Source: a virus (Duplodnaviria; Caudoviricetes). From it: DNA of 26,211 nucleotides. Positions 8,788-17,289 of this stretch are shown piece by piece (position 1 is the first letter of the stretch; each line of letters opens with the position of its first letter). Under the pieces are notes generated by a model that had not been told where the DNA came from, did no database searches, and saw only the letters and a program-made list of their open reading frames with translations. The DNA lies in the IMG/VR virus record IMGVR_UViG_3300044450_000293, positions 1-26,211 of that record; one strand, written 5' to 3'. Made by a program: the position numbers and the translations under genes.

Positions 8788-9228
8788 TTAAGTCTTCTTT
8801 GAACGCCGGTTAAAGGCGGTTTTGATCCGCCCGGCGAGCTTCGGATACTGGTTGTCAGCCGCCGGCCGCAGATAGGGCTGCGCCTTGATCTCGACCGACT
8901 TCACGAACCGCACGCTGCCATCGTCCTGGGGGATGGCGAGCGCCTTGGCATTCTTCGGCCGGATAATGCCGCCGGTTTCATGGATCAGGGCATAGACCAC
9001 ATCGCGGGATCCCCACGTCCCCTTCACACCGTCCTTCACCTCGTGGGCGTAGTCAGCGATATCGATCGAGCCCTCCAGCGTTGCCGTCCGGTTCTGCCAG
9101 TCGTGGTTCGCCTTGGCCTCGTTGACGCAGGCACCCATGGTCCGGTTGATGCCCTCGACCTGGGCATCGCGCATGTCCTTCTTGACGGCCTTGCCGAACC
9201 ACTTCAGCGATTTGGATTTGCCTGCCAT
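8788..9228 (-). CDS. Virion morphogenesis/neck protein (HK97 gp10 / Mu G-like)
   Basis: RTATLEGSI, YALIHETGG, IKAQPYLRPA motifs. Confidence 0.85.
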   Translation of the reverse strand: MAGKSKSLKWFGKAVKKDMRDAQVEGINRTMGACVNEAKANHDWQNRTATLEGSIDIADYAHEVKDGVKGTWGSRDVVYALIHETGGIIRPKNAKALAIPQDDGSVRFVKSVEIKAQPYLRPAADNQYPKLAGRIKTAFNRRSKKT

Positions 9229-9231
9229 CGC

Positions 9232-10059
9232 TTATTCCCTGGAATGAATAATCAGCTCACGCGCCCGCTTGGCACGTTTGCCACCGGCAACCGAATACGT
9301 CAGCTCAACCGGCAGAATATCGAAAGCCGAAAACAGCTCGCGGATTGTCTCGTTGTCGTTGATGGACAGAATGAACCGGCCTTTGAGATCGGACAGGCGT
9401 TCCGCCATTTCGACAAACTGCGATCGGTCAAACATCCCGTCCCCATAGTCCTTCTCATTCCCGAAATAAGGCGGGTCGAGATAGAACAGCGTGCCTGGGC
9501 GATCGTAGAGCTTCATGAAATCCTGCCAGCGCCGGTTCTCGATGACGACACCGGCCAGCCGCTCGTGGATCTCTTCCAGGACGGGTGCAAGCTTGGTGAT
9601 GTTGAAGCTGCCACCGCGTGAGGGATCGATCCCGAAATGTCCGTTGACGCGGCCACCGAACGACAGGCGCTGCATATAGAGAAAACGCGCGGCACGCTCC
9701 AGGTCGGTCAGGGTCGACGGATCGCAGGCTTTCAGACGATCGAACTCGCGCCGGCTGCTGACCTGGAATTTCAGCATGTCCATGAACTGCGGATAGTGGC
9801 GTTGCAGGATCCGAAACAGGTTGGCAACGTCGCCGCCGAAGTCGTTGATCACTTCAGCCGGCGGCGCGCTCGATCTGCGCAGGAAGATCCCACCCATCCC
9901 GACGAAACATTCTGCATAAGTCGCATGAGGGATCTCGGAGATCATCGCGCAGATCTGTCGGGCAAGATTGCGCTTGCCGCCGATGTAGGCCGCCGGCGTT
10001 CTGGTCGGTGTCACGTGTCTGAAGGTCTGGGAGTTCATTTTCAATCCTTGAAGAATCAT
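9232..10059 (-). CDS. DNA N6-adenine methyltransferase (D12/Dam family)
   Basis: YIGGK, ECFVGMGG (motif I), VIND and catalytic YLDPPY; GGAGGAG SD 6 nt before ATG 10059. Confidence 0.93.
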   Translation of the reverse strand: MILQGLKMNSQTFRHVTPTRTPAAYIGGKRNLARQICAMISEIPHATYAECFVGMGGIFLRRSSAPPAEVINDFGGDVANLFRILQRHYPQFMDMLKFQVSSRREFDRLKACDPSTLTDLERAARFLYMQRLSFGGRVNGHFGIDPSRGGSFNITKLAPVLEEIHERLAGVVIENRRWQDFMKLYDRPGTLFYLDPPYFGNEKDYGDGMFDRSQFVEMAERLSDLKGRFILSINDNETIRELFSAFDILPVELTYSVAGGKRAKRARELIIHSRE

Positions 10060-10176
10060 GAATAACTCCTCCACCCCTTAGGGGGCGGCGGATGAAGCAT
10101 CCCAAGTTGCTTGGCGGGGATAGACGCCAATCTTGACCCCCGCAGCCGAGGCCATGCCCCGGCCATCCGTCCGGCA
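10060..10176 (-). promoter_or_regulatory. Structured 5' leader with an SD-sequestering hairpin upstream of the methyltransferase
   Basis: UCC-g-CCGCCCC cuaa GGGGUGG-a-GGA hairpin (10067-10092) covers the SD; further stems between 10095 and 10163. Confidence 0.55.
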
Positions 10177-10521
10177 TTAGCCAATGCGTTTCAAAGCGGC
10201 CTCCAGGTGTGTGTGTTTGCGCTGGACCGGCCCTTCCACCTTCAGCCGGCCGGGAATGATCTCGACGCCCTGGCGATCGGTGACAGAGCTGATTTCATCG
10301 TCCTCGGCAATGTCGGCCCCAAGCGCGAACAAGGCCCGCATGTCCTCGATCATCGCAGACTTCTCACCGTCCACGATCTCCCGGCTCTGGTTCGACCAGA
10401 CAAAACAGTTGAGGGTGGCGAGCGGTTGAAAGTCCGGTGGCAGCGGGTTGCCCCAGCTGTCAGTCCCGGTGGCCTGGTCACGCTCGACAGCGGCACGCAT
10501 GGTGAGACGGCCGGCGATCAT
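10177..10521 (-). CDS. Head closure / head-tail adaptor protein
   Basis: 114 aa beta protein with DSWGNP and ADIAEDDEI patterns; neck position. Confidence 0.75.
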   Translation of the reverse strand: MIAGRLTMRAAVERDQATGTDSWGNPLPPDFQPLATLNCFVWSNQSREIVDGEKSAMIEDMRALFALGADIAEDDEISSVTDRQGVEIIPGRLKVEGPVQRKHTHLEAALKRIG

Positions 10522-11186
10522 GTCAGCGCCCTGGGAGCATCGGCCTCACGATGGAGCCCGGTATTCAGGTCAACCTTGCTTCCGGCGATCGCACCGTGCG
10601 CCAGATCCCCGCTCACTCCACCGCCTTTGATCTTGGCTTTGCGCATTTCGAGCGACACCATGTTCGGATAGCGCTCGGCAATGTACTGGCTGCGAACCTT
10701 GTCTTCGGGAGGCTCGGGAAAAAGTGATTTCACCTTGCCGTAAACAGCAAAGGCCCAGGCCTCGCAAAAGAGGTCCGCACGCTGGCGTTTCCGCGCTGGC
10801 TTGCAACGCTTCAGCCGCGCCTTGATATAGTTTGCACGCTCGGCCTTCAGCCGGCGAAAAAGCACCGCGAAGGCGTAGCTGGCAATTTCTGCCGAAGGTC
10901 CTCGGCCGACAAAGGTGCGATCGCCTCGCTCATCGACAAAACTGGTGACAGAGAGTGCACGGCAGACTGTCACCGTCAAACAAACTTCCCATCGTGGAGG
11001 TGTCCTCGAGCGGTTGGAACGTGCAGTCGCCTCGCCGATCTCCGCCATGGCCAACTGTGCCTCGGTAATGCCGTTGGCATCCATGAGGGCACGAGCCTTC
11101 GCCAACGCCGCTGCCGCCTCATTGGCATTGTCACTGCGACCGAGTGCCAGACACTTGCGGATCTTGTCCAGGAGCGCTTTGTCCAT
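10518..11186 (-). CDS. DUF2786 domain protein
   Basis: LDKIRKCLAL..S.N.NEAAAALAKARALM N-terminus; FVG...AEIA.YAF.VL.R core. Confidence 0.85.
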   Translation of the reverse strand: MDKALLDKIRKCLALGRSDNANEAAAALAKARALMDANGITEAQLAMAEIGEATARSNRSRTPPRWEVCLTVTVCRALSVTSFVDERGDRTFVGRGPSAEIASYAFAVLFRRLKAERANYIKARLKRCKPARKRQRADLFCEAWAFAVYGKVKSLFPEPPEDKVRSQYIAERYPNMVSLEMRKAKIKGGGVSGDLAHGAIAGSKVDLNTGLHREADAPRALT

Positions 11187-11193
11187 GTCGCCC

Positions 11194-11295
11194 TCAGTTG
11201 ATCTTGCTGATGAGATAGAAGACCGCGATCAATCCGAGCCATGCACAGGTCGCAAAGCCACCGACGAACCAACCGATTTCCGAAAGAAATGGCAT
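11194..11295 (-). CDS. Small single-pass membrane peptide, 33 aa
   Basis: GGAGG SD overlapping the upstream stop; MPFLSEIGWFVGGFATCAWLGLIAVFYLISKIN fills the gap. Confidence 0.65.
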   Translation of the reverse strand: MPFLSEIGWFVGGFATCAWLGLIAVFYLISKIN

Positions 11296-11306
11296 TGTGG
11301 AACCTC

Positions 11307-11882
11307 CTAAGCCATCACCATGCCCGGCCGGGTGGCGAGCGCGTCGATGATCGCCTCGCGCTCCGATGCCGGATCGGTTCCGAGTGTGAACTGATAGTCC
11401 CCTGCCCGCTCTGACCTCAGACCACCCCGATAACTGAGATCGAGGTGAACCAGCTTGATCGTTGCCTCGTCCCTGGCAGCGACGATGCCGGCATTGCCGA
11501 GCGGCGTGTAGGTGATGCTGACCAGGGGAGCCCAATAGTCGCGCGGGTTGGTTCCCCCATTGAGCCGCTGCAACGTGCGGCCGCCGTGGAGCACCCGGTA
11601 ATCGTCTGCCGCCAGGGTCAATTCATCTTCGGCTGCACCGGTGTCGGCCGGATCGGTCTCAACGACAGTGACAGTCAGGGCCACATCGAGCGGCCGGGAG
11701 AGTTTCAGGGTCTTGAGATAGCGCGCATCCGGATCGTCTAGGTCGCCCAGGTCAACGGTGATTTCACCGGTTGGCCCCAGACGCGCATCCAGATCGGCTG
11801 CGATGGCGTCGATCATCGACTGCAGCTCGGTATCGGACAGATCCGTCCCCGTGCGTTCCTTCACCCGATCAATCAACGCCAT
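11307..11882 (-). CDS. Head-tail connector / head completion protein
   Basis: LIDRVK...LSDTELQSMID start and LRSERAGDYQFT near the end; follows the capsid accessory genes. Confidence 0.75.
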   Translation of the reverse strand: MALIDRVKERTGTDLSDTELQSMIDAIAADLDARLGPTGEITVDLGDLDDPDARYLKTLKLSRPLDVALTVTVVETDPADTGAAEDELTLAADDYRVLHGGRTLQRLNGGTNPRDYWAPLVSITYTPLGNAGIVAARDEATIKLVHLDLSYRGGLRSERAGDYQFTLGTDPASEREAIIDALATRPGMVMA

Positions 11883-11885
11883 GCC

Positions 11886-11996
11886 TTAACCGCCCTTGTT
11901 CTCGGCCGGCCGGAGTTCCTTGTCCCCGGCCGGCCCCTTTTCCTTCGTGTCGGAAGGACGTTTCCCGTCCTTCCCGGTTGCCCGGTCATCGCTCAT
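11886..11996 (-). CDS. Putative 36-aa charged peptide
   Basis: MSDDRATGKDGKRPSDTKEKGPAGDKELRPAENKGG fills the gap between two genes; GAGG upstream of the start. Confidence 0.5.
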   Translation of the reverse strand: MSDDRATGKDGKRPSDTKEKGPAGDKELRPAENKGG

Positions 11997-12004
11997 GACC
12001 GGCC

Positions 12005-12409
12005 TCAGGTATTCTTTGCCAGGAGTTCTTTGGCGGCCGCTGTCCAGAGCGCCCAGTCAGCCTCGCCCACACCCGGAACGAGAATTTCCGGCTTCTGGGG
12101 ATCGACTTCGGCAAGCGCCGCAAAGCTGGCAATGCCCGCGTCTTCCAGAGCCTTCGCCGTCGCCTTGCCGATGCCCTTGAGTTTGGTCAGATCGTCACCG
12201 CCACCGGGCTGGGAACCGCCCTTGCCGGGATCCTGATCCTTGACCTTGCCCTTTTCCGGCAGACCGCCGTCGACCAGGCCGAACTGCTTTGCAGCACTGT
12301 CCGGGATCTCGTCTCCGATCGCGGCGTAGAGAAAGGCCGCATTCTTGTCGCCCTCAGCGACAACCTTGTCTTTCTTGGCTGTCAGATACAGCCGCTGTTT
12401 TGCGTACAT
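12005..12409 (-). CDS. Protein with a C-terminal helix-hairpin-helix domain
   Basis: DDLTKLKGIGKATAKALEDAGI HhH motif; GAGGAGG SD. Confidence 0.75.
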   Translation of the reverse strand: MYAKQRLYLTAKKDKVVAEGDKNAAFLYAAIGDEIPDSAAKQFGLVDGGLPEKGKVKDQDPGKGGSQPGGGDDLTKLKGIGKATAKALEDAGIASFAALAEVDPQKPEILVPGVGEADWALWTAAAKELLAKNT

Positions 12410-12468
12410 GGAAGGTCCCTCCTCGGGATCTCGTGCAGAAAATGATCGTTACTGCTGTCAGCTCTTTG

Positions 12469-12732
12469 CTACTCGGCCTTTGCCCAGGTCACGTGCAAGA
12501 AGCCGCCAGTCGTGTCTGTCGTGGTGTTTTCGATCACTCCAGCCTTGGTGGCGCTGATCGAAAACTCCGCAGTGCGGTCAACGCGGGTTGGCGGCGATCC
12601 ATCGGTGATGTGCTCGACCGACAAAAGCGTGTCACCGGGGACGATGTTGCCGTTGACCTGGTGTTCGCCGATCGCACCGCCCGTAACGAGCGAACAGCCG
12701 ACAGGCACAGAAAGTCCGGAAATGGTCGGCAT
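12469..12732 (-). CDS. Small beta-rich protein, possible capsid decoration protein, 87 aa
   Basis: AGGAGG SD before MPTISG; first gene after the capsid gene. Confidence 0.6.
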   Translation of the reverse strand: MPTISGLSVPVGCSLVTGGAIGEHQVNGNIVPGDTLLSVEHITDGSPPTRVDRTAEFSISATKAGVIENTTTDTTGGFLHVTWAKAE

Positions 12733-12759
12733 GAAAGCCTCCTGATGATGTTCCTGGAA

Positions 12760-12803
12760 ACCAGCCCCGCCAGACACGGAACGAGCGGGCGGGCGGGACT
12801 GGT
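12760..12803 (-). terminator. Stem-loop after the capsid gene (terminator or mRNA stabiliser)
   Basis: ACCAGUCCCGCC...GGCGGGGCUGGU stem followed by a short UUCC; weak U-tract. Confidence 0.45.
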
Positions 12804-12820
12804 AGTCGCAAAGAGAGGCT

Positions 12821-14119
12821 TTACAGCCCGGTCACGTCGCAGAAGGCCGCCGGGCGGAAGACAACCAGAGCTGCCCGCATGTCACCGCGCACCGTTTTCT
12901 TGCCTTCAGTAAACTGCGTGCCGACATAGCCGAGCTGGATATCAACGCCCTTGCGCTCGAAACCACTGATCCAGGCAGGCTGGAACGAGCCTGTCAGGCC
13001 GCTCCCTGCTGCGCGCGCATCATTCTGCACAACCGGCAGACCCCACAGACGCTCCGGACCGGCTTCGGACGGTGAGCCCCAGATGTAAACACCGTCAGCG
13101 GTGCGCAGAAGCCGGACAGACTGCCAGTCGGTCGGGTGCATGACGTGGTGGGTCGGGATTGCCCGGCCGGTGACGCGGATCTTGGTCATGGCTTTGAAGA
13201 AAGCATCCGGCACCGGGTCTGCACCCTTTGCCTGGGTCTGGATGCCCACAACGTTGACGATGCCACGCAGGTTCGGCGAGGTGCCGTCACCGACATACAC
13301 CTGCGTGTCCAGCCGCTGGCGGATACCGAAGGTCAGGCGGCCATTGACGTAGCCCTGCATCATCGGAACGTCTTCCAGCTGCTCGTCCGTGATCGGCAAG
13401 CTGTCGGTGATCTTGCGAACATCCGAACTCTTTTCGGTGAAGGCGAAGGTGCTTTCGGCGTACGCCGCGCCTTCGGCTTTTTCAGCCGCCGCATGGGTGC
13501 GGGTCGTTTCTTCCATGTACTTGATGGTAGGCAGACCCGTCTGCGAAAACGGGATGATGTCAATCAGCTGCGGCGGCCGTGCAGTCGCTTCAACAAAGCC
13601 CGGCAGTCGAACGCTCTCAGGAGCGTAACCGGCGGATGTCGTCATCAGGGTCTTGGACTGCAGCGTCATCGCCAGCATGCCCTTGGCAAGCACATCGGTC
13701 GGCAGCACATCAAAGGAAAGGTCGACCCTGTTTCGGCACCCCTGCTCAACCCAGTCGGCATAAGCCTTTTCTTCGGCCAGCAGCTCGCCCAGGGATTTGA
13801 CGATGATCGGCTGGCCAGCTCCACCTGTGCTTCCAGGCAGCGGCGGACGCCAAAGGGCCTTTTCGCGGCGCTCCTGGTCCTTTGCGGCCTTCTCGGCCGC
13901 TTCGAGCGTTTCGGCCTTCTGCGCCAGCTCGTCCAGCTCGGCATTCATCTGGTTAACCTTCTCGGCGACAGCGATGGAACCCTTCACATCGTCGCCAAGG
14001 CTTTTCACCTTGTTGAAGTCATACTGGCCGTCATCGGTCTTTGCTTCCTTGAAGATCGCTCCAAGGGCATCCTGCTTTGCCGCGAGTTCGTCGCGGACTT
14101 CCTTGATGGTGTCGGGCAT
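12821..14119 (-). CDS. Major capsid protein, HK97 family with an N-terminal delta (scaffold) domain
   Basis: Coiled-coil N-terminus; AEG..YAES..TF, GDGTSPNLRGI, VMHPTDW, LWGLPVV, VFRPAAF motifs. Confidence 0.95.
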   Translation of the reverse strand: MPDTIKEVRDELAAKQDALGAIFKEAKTDDGQYDFNKVKSLGDDVKGSIAVAEKVNQMNAELDELAQKAETLEAAEKAAKDQERREKALWRPPLPGSTGGAGQPIIVKSLGELLAEEKAYADWVEQGCRNRVDLSFDVLPTDVLAKGMLAMTLQSKTLMTTSAGYAPESVRLPGFVEATARPPQLIDIIPFSQTGLPTIKYMEETTRTHAAAEKAEGAAYAESTFAFTEKSSDVRKITDSLPITDEQLEDVPMMQGYVNGRLTFGIRQRLDTQVYVGDGTSPNLRGIVNVVGIQTQAKGADPVPDAFFKAMTKIRVTGRAIPTHHVMHPTDWQSVRLLRTADGVYIWGSPSEAGPERLWGLPVVQNDARAAGSGLTGSFQPAWISGFERKGVDIQLGYVGTQFTEGKKTVRGDMRAALVVFRPAAFCDVTGL

Positions 14120-14210
14120 CCATCTTCTCCATGTCGATTGAACTTCCGGCCATCACGTCCGCGCGCGGCCAAATACACCCAAAGCCCGCGATCAGCGCGG
14201 GCATGGGTCG

Positions 14211-14264
14211 AGACTATGGAGAGGGGGATTTTGAAAACATCCGCGCGGGTGCGCGGGTGAACGG
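14211..14264 (-). promoter_or_regulatory. Putative activator-dependent late promoter of the capsid operon
   Basis: 30 bp (14235-14264) identical to 8273-8302; -10-like TAGTCT at 14216-14211. Confidence 0.8.
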
Positions 14265-14368
14265 CTTCAGAAGGGGGAAAACGCCTGGTTCGGCTCAAAA
14301 CGCGCAAATCAGTGGCGGTGCCACGTACTATAGGCAGACAGCATCAAAATTAAAGGGGGATTAAACAG

Positions 14369-14433
14369 CACAGAGCGCGTTCACTATCTTCCGCGTCCCG
14401 TTGAGCGTCCAAACAGCTCGAACGCGCTCTGTG
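14369..14433. repeat. Perfect 14-bp inverted repeat with a 37-nt spacer
   Basis: CACAGAGCGCGTTC (14369-14382) / GAACGCGCTCTGTG (14420-14433). Confidence 0.9.
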
Positions 14434-14465
14434 GGCGTTTATTTCAATCTCGCCATGTACGGCGC

Positions 14466-15209
14466 TCAACCAATCCGAAGACGTGCGCCACGGGTCATGA
14501 ACTGGGCCGCCAACCGGTTGGCTTCCTCCAGTGCCTTCTGATCATCCACGCTCTCCGGATCGGGCTCGGTCTGAAGCATGGTGTCGAGCTGGTCTCTGAG
14601 ATCCTGCAGCTGCTTGAGACGCGTCTGGCTCATCTCCCGGCCCTGGCTTTCACGGAGGGCTTTGACCGATCCCGCCCGCTCGATGATGTCGCCGATCTCC
14701 GCGATCGTCGCGTCGATCTGCTCGGCGAAGCTGCCGAAAGACTTCATGGAAAGAGTGCCGGTCCCAACACCTGCACCACGCAGCACGGGCGAGACCTCAT
14801 GAACATCAAGCCGCTTCAGGACGCGAACTTCCATGCCTTCGCGCATTTCCCTGGCATGGTCCAAAACGCCGAAGCCGTAGGAATACTCCTGGACGCTTGG
14901 CCCCTTCTCCAGATCGAACTTCAGCGTCTTGTGCCAGTCGCTGCCCGCCTGAGTGGTCAGGTTGAGATTAAGCTCTGCATAGGCCGCATCGCCTTCCTCA
15001 TAGATCCGTGCCTTGCCGAGCGGCATCGCGTGACGCTGGTGAGCCGGCAGGATCGACACCCACTGCTCTCCGCCATTCTTCCAGTTGAAAGCCCCAGGCG
15101 CATAGGTGTCGCCATCGCTATCGACAGCAGACAGGATCGCGATGCGGGCAAGGCCCTGGCCTTCGCCATCCATCTTTTCGACGGTAAGGGTTTTGGTCTC
15201 GTTCTTCAT
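14466..15209 (-). CDS. HK97-family prohead maturation protease, 247 aa
   Basis: VDSDGD...PGAF, LPAH, YSYGF (catalytic Ser), VHEVSPVLRGA; GGAG SD before MKNETK. Confidence 0.92.
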   Translation of the reverse strand: MKNETKTLTVEKMDGEGQGLARIAILSAVDSDGDTYAPGAFNWKNGGEQWVSILPAHQRHAMPLGKARIYEEGDAAYAELNLNLTTQAGSDWHKTLKFDLEKGPSVQEYSYGFGVLDHAREMREGMEVRVLKRLDVHEVSPVLRGAGVGTGTLSMKSFGSFAEQIDATIAEIGDIIERAGSVKALRESQGREMSQTRLKQLQDLRDQLDTMLQTEPDPESVDDQKALEEANRLAAQFMTRGARLRIG

Positions 15210-15219
15210 GGCAGGTCTC

Positions 15220-17289
15220 CTAATCGTCCTCGCCGAAATAGGGCGCGAAGGACAGCGTCCCGTTGGGATGTTCATCTGCCGCCAGTTGGCTGGCTTCAGC
15301 AGCGCTGACGATCGATCCGTTGCGGGCAATGTGATCAGGATCTGACCGGCCCGGCCCGAGGCGACCATCGAAAATGATGAACTGCTCGACGCTGGCAGCC
15401 TTCGCCCGCTCGATGGTCGAGATGTTCTGCGCGTATTTGGTTTCGGTACGAGCAATGATCTGAGCCCGCATTTCCGGCGTTTGCCAGTGCCCACTCTCGA
15501 CATAGTCGACAATCCGGCTGGCGACCTGGAGAACACCTTCCCCTTCCGCCCGACCTTCCGCGATCGCATCGAACAGCGCCTTGCGTGTTTGCCCAGTGAT
15601 GTCGACCAGGCCGGAGCGCCGGCCGCCGGCACCGGCAACAGCACGGGCAACCGGATCAGGCAGGCTTCCGGAAATCCCGGCAAGGTTTGCCGCTTCGCTC
15701 ACCTTCTTTGCCGTCTCCACGTATTGCGTCTCATAAAGTCGCTGGAACGTAGTCCGATGTGCTTCGATGCCGAGCTGCTCCAGGATCTGCGCCACCAACA
15801 GGTCTTCAGACTTCACTTCAGCGCCATTTCTGGATTTCGGCGTTAGGTTTTCCCGTTCCAGGAACGGTACCGCTGCAGCCTTGGCCGCTTTGCCCAGGTC
15901 GCGGAAGAAACCCTTTAACCGGCGTTCAAACACCTTTTGAAGCGGCCCCTCCTGTTTCTGCAGGGCACTGATATAGGCCGTGCCGGCTCGCAGGGTCGAT
16001 CGGCTGACACGCACCTTGGTGGATTTAGGTTCGGGCAATTGTGGTGGCTCCTGTGCTACAGGCTTCGTGCCGGCGGGAACGACAAGGGACATGGCCGGCT
16101 GGTAGTAAAAGTCATGCTCGGGCAGCACATCGAGCCCCATCGCTTCCCGTGCTTCCGCAACCTTGGCAACCGGCCCGCCTGCAAGGGCCACCCACCGGGT
16201 TGCCGCCTTGTCCAGGTCCTCCTGCAGCGCCAGTACTTCGGACGTGTCGTAGTAGCTCTTGAGGCCAGAGGCATTTCCGAAGTCTCCCAAAAGCGAGCGG
16301 TCCAACTCATCCGCCAAGACACGCAACACCGGCAGCACGCCATTGCGCCACGCAAGCTTGACCAGCTCGTTCATGGTCGCGCCGACCTTGCTCGTTTGAA
16401 GGCCGGCACCGAAGCCGACGACAGCGGCCGGGATGCCGAGACAGGCACACACACGCTCTTCGGCAATGTCCCGCGCTTCCGACATGTTCATCTGCTGCGG
16501 GTTGAAACCGAACGGAGAAACGTCAGTCGGAGCCCCCATCACCAGGGCAGCACCGCGCTTGTCGCCACCGAAGTTCGCATTGAACCAGGTCTTGGTGGCC
16601 TGGACATCTTCGGGAGACACCGTGCCACCGTTCTTCGGACTGATGACGACACCCGGCACGCCCATGTTCCGCAGGAGCGACGCCACGAAATTAGAGCTTT
16701 CCAGATCCATGAAGATCTCACGCAACACACCGGCAAGCGGCGACAAGCCCTTGCGCGGATTGCGCGGGTCCATGCCATGGCGGAAGTGGACAACGTCTTC
16801 CGGATCGAGATCGATCGCGGCAACATTATTGCCGGGCGTGTACCGGTAGTGGGTCAGAAACTCCGAACCGTCCTGGGAACCTTTGGGCTCCATGGTCCAA
16901 TGGGGCACATACCAGAGTTCGGCCGGGCGGTTGATGCGGTTTCGCACCTTGATCCAATAGGCGTTGCCATCGAGCAGGTAAGACAGGATCGTCGCGTTCC
17001 ACAGGATGATATCGCCGTAATACGGGTTCGGCCGCTGGATCAGCTCCACCATTTTGTGAGACAGCATCTCTTCATGACTGCCATCAGCTTTACGCCTGCG
17101 CACGACAAGCGTGGCTTCGGGCATGGCCCGCTGGATCCACATGATCGGCGCGGTGACAACGGAGCTGTCCAGGCCGTCACCAACTTCCTTGGCATAGTTG
17201 TAGCGCGTCCGCTTCAGCAGCCCGGCCATGAAAGGCGTGCCGCCGCCGTGGCGCATCGATGAGAGAGCCTTTGAAAACCATTTACGCAT
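15220..17289 (-). CDS. HK97-family portal protein fused to a MuF/SPP1 gp7-like minor head domain, 689 aa
   Basis: RPNPY, LLDGNAY, EDVVHFR, GLSPL portal motifs; Pro-rich linker; RAQIIARTET and HPNG at the C-terminus; start MRKWF overlaps the terL stop. Confidence 0.9.
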   Translation of the reverse strand: MRKWFSKALSSMRHGGGTPFMAGLLKRTRYNYAKEVGDGLDSSVVTAPIMWIQRAMPEATLVVRRRKADGSHEEMLSHKMVELIQRPNPYYGDIILWNATILSYLLDGNAYWIKVRNRINRPAELWYVPHWTMEPKGSQDGSEFLTHYRYTPGNNVAAIDLDPEDVVHFRHGMDPRNPRKGLSPLAGVLREIFMDLESSNFVASLLRNMGVPGVVISPKNGGTVSPEDVQATKTWFNANFGGDKRGAALVMGAPTDVSPFGFNPQQMNMSEARDIAEERVCACLGIPAAVVGFGAGLQTSKVGATMNELVKLAWRNGVLPVLRVLADELDRSLLGDFGNASGLKSYYDTSEVLALQEDLDKAATRWVALAGGPVAKVAEAREAMGLDVLPEHDFYYQPAMSLVVPAGTKPVAQEPPQLPEPKSTKVRVSRSTLRAGTAYISALQKQEGPLQKVFERRLKGFFRDLGKAAKAAAVPFLERENLTPKSRNGAEVKSEDLLVAQILEQLGIEAHRTTFQRLYETQYVETAKKVSEAANLAGISGSLPDPVARAVAGAGGRRSGLVDITGQTRKALFDAIAEGRAEGEGVLQVASRIVDYVESGHWQTPEMRAQIIARTETKYAQNISTIERAKAASVEQFIIFDGRLGPGRSDPDHIARNGSIVSAAEASQLAADEHPNGTLSFAPYFGEDD

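Noticed and set aside
9232-10059. Restriction-modification system or GATC-specific dam call
   Set aside because: No adjacent endonuclease, and target specificity cannot be read from the sequence
8273-14264. 30-bp identical direct repeat read as att sites or a CRISPR repeat
   Set aside because: Copies are kilobases apart, flank essential head genes, and have a -10 element at fixed spacing; a promoter explanation fits better
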